Shown: in pieces, positions 23,498 to 35,288 of the stretch | Layout: each line of letters opens with the position of its first letter | Numbering within the stretch: position 1 is the stretch's first letter | DNA from: Pelomyxa schiedti | Taxonomy: Eukaryota > Protista > Evosea | NCBI GenBank assembly: GCA_020536535.1 | Contig: JAHLWZ010000702.1 | Location: 1 to 64,000 of the forward strand | Length of the DNA: 64,000 bases | Direction: 5' to 3' | Translations under genes and position numbers: made by a program | The notes under the pieces: generated by a model | The model's input: only the letters and a program-made list of their open reading frames with translations | Database searches by the model: none | What the model was told of the DNA's origin: nothing

Positions 23498-26400
23498 TTA
23501 CTTCCACTCCCCGTCAAACCCAGTGAAGCCAGATAGGAGGAACACTGCGTAGAATTCCTTCTGGTCCAAGTGGTTGCACCAATTCCACGCACTGGTTAGC
23601 CTTCCATCAATGCCTGAACTCTTGGGTTAGTTGTGGGAAAATAGCACCAGAGTACACACATGAGCCGGCATCGTAAAAGTTATCTGCTCCACTCCCGTCT
23701 AGTAGAAAGGGTCAGTGTCAGGTACAACAGTAAAGGGCAACACACCAAATGCGTGCTTGAAGAAATCGGAAAGAATCTTTCGGGTAAGCTCTTGATTGCT
23801 TCCGAAAGTTTGTTGGAAATAACGAGCAACCAGTTTGGATCCAGTAAGCTGATCGAGCCTCGAAAGCGTGATGATGATTGGATTTAGAATTCTAGGCACT
23901 TGGGTGTACTTGTCAATGAAATTCAGTGCATTTGGTACGTTGTGATCGCCTGGATACTCCTGTAAGATGGAATTCGATGAAAAATTGAGATACCCAAGTG
24001 GATAACAGAAGAGCCAACCCATGAGCCAACGCGTTGTTGTGTGGTGTGAAGAATAGTGTGCATGGCACGATAGATTTGTGGTGAGCTTTGAACTCTATTA
24101 AGTCCCTGCCCTGTGTCCTTCAATTCATATGCATTCCCTGGTCTAAGACGGTAATGATTTTTTCTACATGTGGCAGTTGATTTTTCTACTTACTTGAGCA
24201 TATCTTCCTCAGCCATTATCCATAGTTTGAACATGTTATGCTGAATTTCTCTCCAAAGCGTCAAAGACTGCAGCACGTAAAGGTACTGTTTGTCATGCGA
24301 ATGGGATAACCTTGAACCATCCTGACCACCTGGTCAAATTTGAGTGACAGTTTTCATGTTACATTTATTATTACTTTCAGATACCGTATATTGCAAGGGA
24401 GTAAAGAGGGTCAGACTGTCTATTTCCAAACATTTCTTTTAGGTACTCTATGGTCTTGTCGATAGGGTCACGATTGCAACGCAAAAAACTTGCCGAAGAG
24501 TCAAACAAAGAAAAAAAAAACTTCTGAAAATGATACCTATTGTTATCACATATGGAATACAGACATGTTTTTATCTGGTTTGGAGTAATCTTGGTACCGT
24601 TCATGTACCTTCGAGCAATTGTCTCTATTGCTCGCTCTTTTGTCTTGATTTCTCTTTGTATATCTGCACGTGTTTTATTCTGAAGAGATGATTACTTTAA
24701 CTTTGAATATCGTTGTTGAAGAAACCTTCGCTGGGACAACTTCATTAGTTGCTACTACAATGTACTCATCAGATAGAACCCCCTAAGTATGTGTTAACAG
24801 TTTTCAGTATTGTATTTGTGGGAAACCAATGCTCCTCGTTGTTCCAAAAATGAATAGACAGTTACAATTGGTTTGATGAGATTAATTCCCAGCATTTCCT
24901 GCACAGAGTTAAGCTTAGGAAATCAAAGAGACTTACCTGTAGAGATGGTGTACAGCTATCTTGAAGCAGATACACAAGCATAGTGTATTGTGTACGCATT
25001 TTTTCTGGTATTTGGTCAGCAAGTTTGGGGGGGTTCTGGGTAGAATAACCAGGATTCATTATTTTGTGCCTTCGTCCAATTTCGAAGACTTGTTGGAAAA
25101 AAGTTTCGTGTTTTGTGAAGTCTCTGCTTGCCAGGACTGTCTTTTTGGTGGAGAAGTATCAAGGAGAGAAACAAAGTAAGACGGTAAGAAAAGTATAGAC
25201 CACAATAATACCTGACCGCTTTTGATATTAACCGCAGCCAACAAGCCTGTTAAAACTGCAGTAATGTTTTTCACCTTGAGTATAAGTAAAGATATACAAA
25301 AATCAGGAATGTACCTGCTCTGATGCTCGAGCCGCGGGTAGCTTAAAACCAGAGACATCAATTCGGTTTGTGTATTTATTACTAGAAAGAATGGCTTCAA
25401 GAAGCCGCAATAGTTTTCGTTCCTCCTGCATCCAAAAATAAAAAGGAAGAATAAGCCAGTCAGTTGTGACTTATGAGTGGTGACGGAAGAACCAAGGTAA
25501 GTCTCAAAGGAATATATTTGGCCCTCTCAAGTACACTCTCAGTCTCTTTGCTTCTCACATCCCGAGCTGATACTGGAGGTGGTTTGGTGATAACTTTTTG
25601 GTTTGATCTCAGGAAAGGAAAAGACAAGAACCCCCGTCCAACATCCTCACTGCCATTTAGAGCACTCGCAGATGTTTTTTGGGTCCTTGCGGCCGTGCTT
25701 GGTGATGGCGGTGCAGTGCGTTCTCGATTGCTTGTTGATTGCTTGGTGGCAGGGCCAGGGGCATTAGGAAGAGCCTGGGAGACGTGGGTGCTCCGAGAGC
25801 CTTTTCGGTGTAATGCAAAATAGCACAGCTGGCAGTATGTATCTCGACACTGGTTTTTAGGGGGTTGGATTGTATTATAACTTGTTTCGGTTTGTAGTGA
25901 ACTCGTACCTGTTGGCACATTACAGTTGCCAGTTGATCTTCGCATTCAGCACAATACCTTGGCTGCAAGATATTTAAGAGTCGATCATATCCCATAATCC
26001 ACACTTACCCCTTTAGTGGCCGCATCACTGGAACTAGCCGTAGTAGCAGTTGCATTTGCATTTGCCGACGTATCCATGGGGTCGATTTCAGGAGGAGTGC
26101 TCGATGATGTCGTCGTGCAGTTGACAGGCAGCCGAGGCGGGGGCATTAGAACGGGCGAGGGCACCCGCGCAGGGGGAGGCATGAGCTTGGGCGACGCGAC
26201 GCGAGAGGGACGGGGAGAGCCAGGCGACGAGGGCGAGGACGGCGAGGACGAGGACGAGGACGAGGTGGTGGCAGTGGGTGTTGTCTTTTGGCGGGGAGAG
26301 GACATGACGATGGGTTGTGGTGAATCTCGCGGCACAGTGTTATCTGTCTCGCTCATCAGTGGTTGGGTATCGGTGCTGCCGCTGCTGCTGCTGCTGTCAG

Positions 26401-26524
26401 AGGGGGGGCTGCGTGTCTCTGGCGACGTCGATGTCATCACGGCGTCCCCCGATGCTGTTGTCGACAATGTGAGTGGCGGCGGCGGTGCTTTGGTGATCGT
26501 AGTGGTTGTTGACTCGTCTGACAT
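23498..26524 (-). CDS. DUF2009/UPF0652-family protein with B-box-like zinc finger
   Basis: CAECEDQ...CQQ|[89 protein letters not shown]. Confidence 0.82.
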
Positions 26525-26877
26525 GGTTTCAGCCGCCGGCGACTCGTTGGAAAAGTGGAAGTTGGGGCGACGGGATTTGTGTTGGTGGTGTGTGGGAGTA
26601 GTACTCGTGTCCTCCGTGAAAACGACGCGTTTGGCTAGCGGTATTGGTTGCATATGCAGCGGGGCAGAGGTGGCAGAAGAGGAACAAAAATAAGGCAATC
26701 TAATTTATCGGAGTTAAGCAATTGTGATTGCACAAGACTCCCCTAGCGCATATAACTCCCGGTGGAATAGTGCTTGTAGCCCGTGCAACGACCAGATCCA
26801 GGTCCACCCCTGGGACAGACACTTGGACACTGAATCGATCGATCGATCTGGGAAAAGGACCACCATATCGAATCGGG

Positions 26878-27405
26878 ATGAGTAGCCGGGAAGCAGACGG
26901 CTCGTACGCTACGTATCTTACGGCCAAGCAGGCCGAGTTGAGCGACTCGTTTGTAGCGAGGATGTACGGCGCGCAGCCCGAGGTGTGGTCGCGCTACGGG
27001 GAGGCCGGCAAGGCGTCGTGCAAGAGGGACGCCAACACTCACTTCGTGTTTCTCGCCCAGTCGTTGGCAGCGGATCCGGGGCGAGATCCGTCGTGCGAAT
27101 TCTCCGACTACGCCATTTGGGTTTGTGTGTTGCTTCAGATGCTGCGACTTCCCTGCAGCGCCGAGGACTTCTTGAAAAACCTCGGCGCCACCTGCGACGA
27201 CTTTGAGCAGCGCGATTCGTCGTGCCCAAGAGGAATCTCTAACCGCGTGAATTCCCTCATCGAAGCGGCAAGAAGGCGCATATTGGCAGCAACGGCTTCT
27301 GGATTGGACCAAGAACGAGACCGCAATGGCAAGAATATCATGGACATGTGCAAGGCGCTGTTGGACCGGCAAATTCCAAAGAAAACCTCCTTGGATGCTC
27401 TATGA
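26878..27405 (+). CDS. Intronless globin-fold / phycobiliprotein-like protein of probable bacterial origin (175 aa)
   Basis: QPEVWSRYGEAGKASCKRDANTHFVFLAQSL...FSDYAIWVCVLL...LP resembles the phycobiliprotein C-x-R-D helix and the globin-like domain found before bacterial B12-binding domains (recalled similarity). Confidence 0.65.
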   Translation: MSSREADGSYATYLTAKQAELSDSFVARMYGAQPEVWSRYGEAGKASCKRDANTHFVFLAQSLAADPGRDPSCEFSDYAIWVCVLLQMLRLPCSAEDFLKNLGATCDDFEQRDSSCPRGISNRVNSLIEAARRRILAATASGLDQERDRNGKNIMDMCKALLDRQIPKKTSLDAL

Positions 27406-27519
27406 ACAATTGTATGTAGTGCCCGAACGAACAAACAAAAAAAAAAAAAAAAAATGTGTTGTATATTGCTCTGCTCTTCAAAATTTTTGTTTCCCGTTTT
27501 TTGGTGGTTCTCCTTGTAC

Positions 27520-28923
27520 TCACCAACATAAGTTATTGGCAATGGCATTTATGTCTAGTGGTTCTGGTTTGGAGGGATCCCTCAAGTAACTAATTGCCTT
27601 CTTGGGACATGTTCCATCACAAGCAGTGCAACCGAGGCATCTGTAATGAATGAGTACAATGCCTACCACTTGAGTTAATAAATCAGCATACCTTCTCGGA
27701 TCAAAAACGGGTCTTCGATCTTTCATTTCAATGGCGTCGAATGGGCAAGTTTTAACACAGGCGCCACATCCACAACACTTGTTGTTGTCGACCTGTTAAG
27801 AGTTATTGACATTACAAATTGCATTCAAATAAGAGGTACTTGTGCAACATAGCCAGAGCTAGTCAAACTTCGACCAAATGCCATCATGGTGGCTATGCCA
27901 CCACAGCAGCATTTGCTAAAGGGGTGTGTTGATTTTGGGTCCAAAGAGTATTTTGTACAAACCAGCAATTACAAATTGCAAAGAAGCCATCGAAAACATT
28001 TTTAAAGTACACATTGTGTACATGGCCCAGGCGATGTTGGTCATCAAGTAAATCCAGGGCCTCTTGTTTTGTTAGAAGTCGCCCACCCTTTTCTTTGCAC
28101 ATGGCCTCAGATAACCCAAATACCATGCAAACCTGAATAAAGTTATCAAGGAAGGTTGTGTCGGTGCAGTACTGCAGATGGTCCGCACTTGCCTCTTTGT
28201 CCATGATTCCTCTCACGAGCCAGCATCCTGCAAGTGCATTCTATTACTCCAACCGTGCTGTTAGCTGAAAGTGCCATTTCCCTAACTTCCTTGTATGGGA
28301 GAATTCTCTCGCCCAGGTCTACTCGGGGCAGGTCCCTTTCTATCATGACTATTTTCTTCAAAAAGTAAGTGCAAAAGGTAGTGCTATGTGAAAAACCTTG
28401 GCGTCCTCCGTTGTTACTGGTTTTCCATGGTAAGTATCGTGCATATAATTCTGTACGATAGAAAATCGGCTCAGTAGGCCCAACAAGCCGAAGTATTTCC
28501 GAGGGGATGCCTTGTAGAAAAGCTTTGGTTTTTTTCATGAGTTTACAATGCTCAGTTAGTAAGATTAACCATACCAAGTGGGCCAATAAGGAAAGAGGCA
28601 TCTTTGTGAGACATCTGGAAGCCAAGTCCAACCCTAAGTAGGCAACGACAACCACACAAATCTTGGACACCTTCATTGTCACAATAAGAAGACAAACAAA
28701 AGGATGGGTTGATGACTTCAAAAAAAAAATGCCATGGGAAGCATACCAACCCAGATGGAAAATGCGACCTAATAAGTGAGATGCCAATCAACAGGCACAA
28801 TGGACGGAACAGTCCTCTGGAAGGGGGTCCAACAACACGAGGTAGTCCCCAAGATTCCCCTTGTTTCATTCCTCCCTCGAATAGCTCTTCATACATGTAC
28901 CGTGGCCCCTTGTGCCCGTCCAT
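27520..28923 (-). CDS. Prokaryote-type multi-[4Fe-4S] protein with C-terminal dicluster ferredoxin domain, intron-containing
   Basis: DTYHGKP, ILPY, IECTCR, VCM, EALDLL, GHVHNVYFK, FAICNC|..CC, SSGYVAQ|VD, CCGCGACVKTCP, CLGCTACDGTCP, RDPSKPEPLDI. The N-terminal exon structure is uncertain. Confidence 0.85.
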
Positions 28924-29115
28924 CTATTAAATATGGGAGATCTGATCGATGTTGAAGGTGTTTAGAAGAAAAATCTCACTTTTTGTATGATCAAAACAAA
29001 GACGATGACTAGGCAGGGGCAAAACGTGGCATACTAAAAGTAATAAAGGAAGCAAGTGACGATGACGTGGAGTGTTTTTTGTCACTTTTGTAGTCTGTTC
29101 TATTCACAAGCAAAA

Positions 29116-32100
29116 TTAAAACATTGCCAACATCTCCTCTGCCATTGTGTGGGGTTCATAACCCCTTTGTGCCAAGTTATGTTGTTGAGTGCCTGTGGAT
29201 GCCGTTGTAGATGCAACGACGGTGTGGGCACTGGGCACCATTGTGAAATAGACCCTGAGAGCGTCTATATACCTCATGGCGTACTCGTCTGGCGCCGTGA
29301 TTGTGGGACCCCCGTTCCTGCCACCACCAGCAACCCGCTTGAACTTGTTTTCGGCGATTTTGTCCCAAGTATAGATCCGGATGTAATCAATTATGCCAGT
29401 GACCAGCCGGCCGCTGCGCATGTCGACGCCAACAAGGAGGCTGTAGTCCATCAGATCTTGAGTGCTGAGGAAGTGCGTGTCATTCAGGAGGCAAGCCTGT
29501 AGATAAAATTTGGATTGGACGTCAACGCATAGAGGCGCACGATGGAGACCTGAATTTCGGATTTGGTTTTTTTCAGGTTAGGGTTTTGATGAGAGAGGGG
29601 CAGTGGGAAAAGAACTTCTAATGATGTTCCCGTCGAGAAGAACACCAGTTCGGCCAGAGATAAGTCGCCCTCTGGCACCTTTAAGGTCAAAAATCTAACG
29701 ATGCTCGTGAAACTTTAAAAAAGTAGAAGAATAAACGGTACCCCATTGATTGAGCAATTGAAGAAGAGATTTTCCATCACTAGTAAATCGAGCTTGTATG
29801 TTTTCCCGTGACTGGCAGTCAATTTAACTCTGTATAGTCCTAGAATTTTCACCATATTGGAGTACAACTTTAAAAGAAGGTAAGAAGGTAGAAATAGTAA
29901 GAAAGAACCAACTTTTTCTGAGATTACTCGTCCCATATACATAAAGTAGGATGGTGCAAAAGAAAGGAATCCGTGCATTTCTACAGAAGTGATTTGTTTC
30001 AACACAATTCTGTCATCTTGTTGTGAAAAAACCGTCATTTCAATGAGCATTCCCATGAAGATGTACCAAACGACTTGAGAAAATTGGCTTTCTTTCCTCC
30101 TTGGGTTTGCCACTTACAACATCTTGTGAGAGATTTGAGAAATTGTTGTTCCTTTGCTTCACAATGCTTCCCCCAGAGGAGGAGCCGGAGAGCTTTGAAT
30201 TGTCGTGCATAAAGAACATGGCAATAGAAATCAGCTGTATAGCCCTCAACGCGATAGTGTTGTTCTGTGCCGCATGAGACTCAAAAATGCACTACTGTAC
30301 TTACTTATCAGAATGTGGGTTTTTTCCAGAGAAAGAAGTTGTTCCAGTGTCGTTGGAGAGAGTTTTGGTTGTGAAGATGGTACAGGTTTGTTCCCAGGTG
30401 CAGTTTTAGAAGAAGAGATGAGCTTTGCTAGACCAGGGGGTGTTGATTTTCTATTCTTCATTTTGTTTGATGGAGAGGTCTCTTCGGGAGACTGTTGTTG
30501 CTTTTAGATGTTTAGAGAGAATTTCCAAGTGGTGTTTATTCAACCTCAGTGAATTCTCCAAAATCAAATATCCCTCCTTTAAATTTTTCTTCATATTCCA
30601 CAGACCTGACACATATTACAGGTGTAAGTTAAAAGGTTTAAAACCTCATGGCCCAGGATACTATTGAACTTGGTTCATCCTCGAAAACGATAACAGGAAG
30701 ATTGTTTACTCCTGGGGGTAAATGCATCTCGCCGACAGCTGTCGTTGGAACTATGTCTTCCCTGTTTATCTTAGACTGTACTCTGTAGAGGAGTTAAATG
30801 GGGTAAGTTCAATGGACTCGAACTTGTCAGGTACTAAGTTGTGTCCACTGTCATGCTCCTCGGGAAGTGTGGTATCTTCATCGTCACTTTGCTCCTCAAC
30901 AGTTTCAACTGTACCCTGAACAAATCTTAGAGACATAAGACTGTTAAGTCGGTACAGCAATAAGAGAGCTCGACGAGGATAACAGTGCATCCATTGATAA
31001 ATGAGTGAAAGGAACAGTACTGTCACCCATCGGTTCTGGTGCCTTAGTTCCAGAATTGGTAGTTGTATTTGTAAGTCTCGAATCGATATGAGTAGAAGTT
31101 GGCTTTGATCTATCACTGGGATGTGTGAGAAAACGGCATAGAACAGGAGTTGATACAGCATGGATCTCACGGGTGCTGGAACGAATCTCCAAAAGCCTTT
31201 GGTAAGGGAATTGATTTGCTCTTCAATGAATCGGAGTTCATTAAGCCAGGTATTGCACCGAGAACTGAAAATTCTTTTTTTTTTTGTTATTGGGCATTCA
31301 TCATTCACAGTGAGGCATACCCAAGTAGTTTGGTTTGTTCCGTAACATCAGGAGTAAGACAAGCCATTTGGATTGACTCTCTCAAAACAGTTGTTTCTTG
31401 TTCACAATCACGCTCAAACTGGGCCAACTGATCGAGAAGAATGGGGAGAGTATCTCTATCCCCACTTCTTGGTTTGTCTGCCAGTGGTGATAGAGCAGAT
31501 TCAAAAAGCTTCGTGTACTTATCAACGTTCTCTGACACCTTGTGTAGTTAAGAGAGAACTTCGACTTTACTTGCACACTTTTTGAAGAAGAACTGTGAGT
31601 TCCGCGTACTCTTTTCTCAAAAAATCAACCCCCATGTTGCTGGGTTCATCAAATAGAGTGCCAGTTTTGTGATGTTCTACAGAGAACACTGTAACTGGTA
31701 CATAATCAATAATTGCTACCTGCAGTATTGTGATTAAAAGAACGACTTAAAGTTGGAGCTCACAAATTTGTTGTACAAGTAGTAATGAGCGGCATTTTGA
31801 GCACCATGAGGGCAAGGCTTTCTGCCTGCTTGGGAGTAGAAAAAGTGTAGAAGATACAGACCAAAGGAAAAGTTGTATGTTTCTGAGAAGGTTTAGGTTA
31901 TGGTATGTTTCAGTAGTAGGAAAGAACCTATTGACATGCGAACAAGTGGGGATGTTCTATTACAGTTTTTGCATATTGTATAAACAAAAATGCTGTTATC
32001 AGATGTTTGTATTCCGAGACGTGCCTTTCTTAGATGCGCTGGGTACTATTACGCATTAGATGCAACAAAAAACAAAAAAAGAAGATAGAGTCAACCTGTG

Positions 32101-35052
32101 TCATAGAGAGATTTGCTAGTTCCTCCACAACAACATTCACTCGCCCTCTATTGTGAATAAATGATTGTTCGTGAAGAAGCATGTGATGTCCACATTGAGA
32201 GGCAGGACAGGATTTGTTTGTATTAGTAAAGCAGTTTTCATATAGGAACTGACCAAGACAGTTGTCTTGCTGAAAAGGGTTTGTACACGAGAAGTGAAGA
32301 AGAAACAATACTTTGGATGAGTAAAAGTGGTATTGAAATAGTTGCCAGGGACAACATTGTAATCCAGTGACTCGACTCCCAACGGAGTACCCAACTATCA
32401 TGGACTTGGGTCACAAGGAAAATAAAGTGAGAATTTCAAGAAAAGGAAGAAATAATACTTGGTATAACCAAATTGGATGCGGAGCACTCAATTCGAGCCC
32501 CTTTGGTATGATCTCACGGAAGTAGTCGTTTGCTGGGGGAACAGCCAGATCTTGGAAAGAGAATGTCACAGGGGGAACGCTGCGGCACAGGTAAATCAAT
32601 CTAAAAAAAAGAAAGATCGGACCTCATTGTCGGGCTTGGTCCGGCGTAGGTGAGCTTGAGTGGAGGTGGAGACTCAAGTAAAGGTGGAAACAGTAGTTCA
32701 GGACTGCAAGATAAAATTGGCTCCGGGCTGTACTTGTATCAACGAGTGATTTTTGTTGTATTTTCTTACTGCTGGGGGAAAACTGGAGTAGAAAACTTCT
32801 CCAAGGACAAGTTTCTCTCTAACTTTCTATTATAGGCGAGGTATGTTACAAACTGTGAGCGCATCAGAAAATGGAGAATGACTATGAAACACACTTGCAA
32901 AATTTCTTTTATACTTTTAAGTTCAAGTGAAGATGCACCTCTCAGGATGATTGTTCCTCCCTTGTGAGGCTTCTCTTCAAAAAATGTGATGGACTTCTTT
33001 CCCCAGTCACCCTCATATTTTAAAACGTATATTTTTGAGCAATTTCCAACCCTTGGCTTTGGGTGCCCAAGGTCTATGTCCGTAACTATGGCAAATAATG
33101 TCAGAGTGCCTATACAATTGGGGAGACTACTAAAGGGAAGTGCATCAATTACGTCTGCTTCCAGCAAGCGGGATAGTCGTTTTATTACCGTAAGTTTAAC
33201 ATTGGAAAATACTGTCATATGCTGCGCCAGGAAAAACTCAAGGGCTATTCGGGCAACTACATGAGAAGAGACAACAATCTGTGGTCTAGTTGATGCAATT
33301 CGAGATACCATGAGTTTGAGGTATTCTCTCTCCTGCATAACGTTATGGGAAAAAGCTCAACACAGGGATTATGTACTCGGTTAAGTAGTTCATCAAAGGA
33401 GGCTAATTGAAGCTCCTCAGTACTCTTACTGTACCTTATTTATTTATTACTGAATTTGAATGAACGCATAACAAAAAATAGGGACAATACTCGAGCGGGC
33501 ATGTCAAGAGTATAACTCCAGCACATCCAAAGTTTGATTGCATGCTCTTGTGGGCAACATTTTTACTGAAACCAATGCCACTTCTGAACTCCGAGTCGGA
33601 GATCTCTCCACCTGGCACAGTTTTTATCTGGTGGTGGGTAATCGCTATTATGATGCAAACAAAAAAAAACCTACCCTTACATATTTTCCAATATACTTCT
33701 TATCACTCATTTTTAGCTCTATCTTTTCCACAGCAGTTGTTGCCAGTTGGTATATAACCTCTTAATTGGATTATTTGCTGTGTAAAAAGTTGGGTAATAC
33801 CAGCCCAACGGAGATCAAATCCAGTACTGTGTAACAGCTGGAATACAATTTGTTTAAGGTGTTCACTACTTTGTGCTATGAAGTCTTTGTCGGAGTCTTC
33901 AATCTCCGTTGTAAGAGAGGCTAGGTTCTGGTAAGAAGTGCTGGTATTTCAATTTGTGAATGAATACCTTGATGAAGAGCAAGGTGGTCTGCAACAGAAA
34001 TCAGTTTGCTGTATTTTTACAACAATAAAAAAAAATAAAAAAAATAATTCTATTAGCTGGTGAGAAATGGTGGAGATTTTAAACATTGGAGGTTCCTCTT
34101 TTGGACCAAAGTTGGGAGGGGATTGATGAAGGTCGTAGCAGGAAGCACAAGACCGTATATGGTTCTGCCGTAACTCACAACATCTGGGAGTAATCAAAAA
34201 GCTTTGACTTGTCAAGACAAACAACCTTGAACAAAAAATGAGTCCACAGATGCGACAGTGATGCCTTCGATTAATAGTAGAAAATACAGTTGGGCATGAG
34301 TGACATGTATCACAGAGCTCATCTGCAATCCACAATGACTGTCTCACAATGAGATAGTTTTTAAAATAATCTTAATTACCGTTTCCTCTCCGATATGTTC
34401 ACTGAAAGAGTGGGTCAGAAAAAAAATGGAAGGGAATTCATGGTAACTTGTTTTCAACAGGTTGCTCACTAAGCAAAGGATGTTGAACTACTGGTTGTAG
34501 ATGAGGTTTTTCCTTTTCATCTTTGCTTTCCGATGGAGATATGGCACTAGACTGTGGTTGTTGTTCTGGTTGCTCAGCCACAGGCACATTCTGGGAATGT
34601 GGGGTCTCCTTTACTGGTGCTGGTGAAGGGCATTGAGTAACAGAGGATAGGATGAAATCGTCTTCATCCAAATCCTCAGGGGTTGTAGACGGTGGAGCTA
34701 AAAATGCAGAGGAAGCAAGAGAAGGTGAAATAGTGTGAAGCACCAAATTTCCCATTCCAAACCGTGACATTCTTTGGTTAGTTAAGTCCAGCTGTGTTCA
34801 AAAAAAAAAAAAGGAACCCACAAGTCGGTTCCCCCCGAAAACATACACTTTCCTCGTGGCAAACAATACGCCGCCCCCCACGGGCTCCCCAACAGACACC
34901 AGTGCACCACTTCCCCCGCTTGCCGACGCCGACGCTGAAGCGGTGCTCTTGCTGGCCAAAGGAGGAGATGGCCTCACCCTCGCTGTGAATTGTGTCAGTA
35001 CAGTGGGCTCCCTCTCCACCTCCTTGGCACTCTTCACACGATACGTTGACAT
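29116..35052 (-). CDS. PIKFYVE: Fab1/PIKfyve PI3P 5-kinase (FYVE, CCT-like, PIPK)
   Basis: FYVE WIADE..C..C...RRHHCRICG; CCT-like PGGEISDS, KNVAHKSM, TIILRG; PIPK VLKQI, VMENLF, FDLKGA, MDYSLLVG, GIIDYIRIYTWDK. Confidence 0.95.
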
Positions 35053-35288
35053 TGCCAGGCTCCCTTCAGCGTATCGTAATAATAAAAATCAGCGTATCAA
35101 CGACTTTTTCCTGTCTGATTTGATGGAATTTTGGCAGTTCAAGAAAAATAAAAACTTCATTCTTGCGGAGATTTAAACAAAGAGGGTTGGGGTTTCTTGA
35201 CACACTCTAATGTTGCAATTATCAACATCATTATGTTTTGTTTTGGTCGGGGAGGGGCGTCCTGAACTTACAAAGACTAGAACTACAT

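Noticed and set aside
27520-27530. Terminal TGA of the Fe-S protein as selenocysteine or recoding
   Set aside because: It lies after the end of the conserved region, no SECIS-like structure is evident, and the conserved genes I spliced by hand translate with the standard code.
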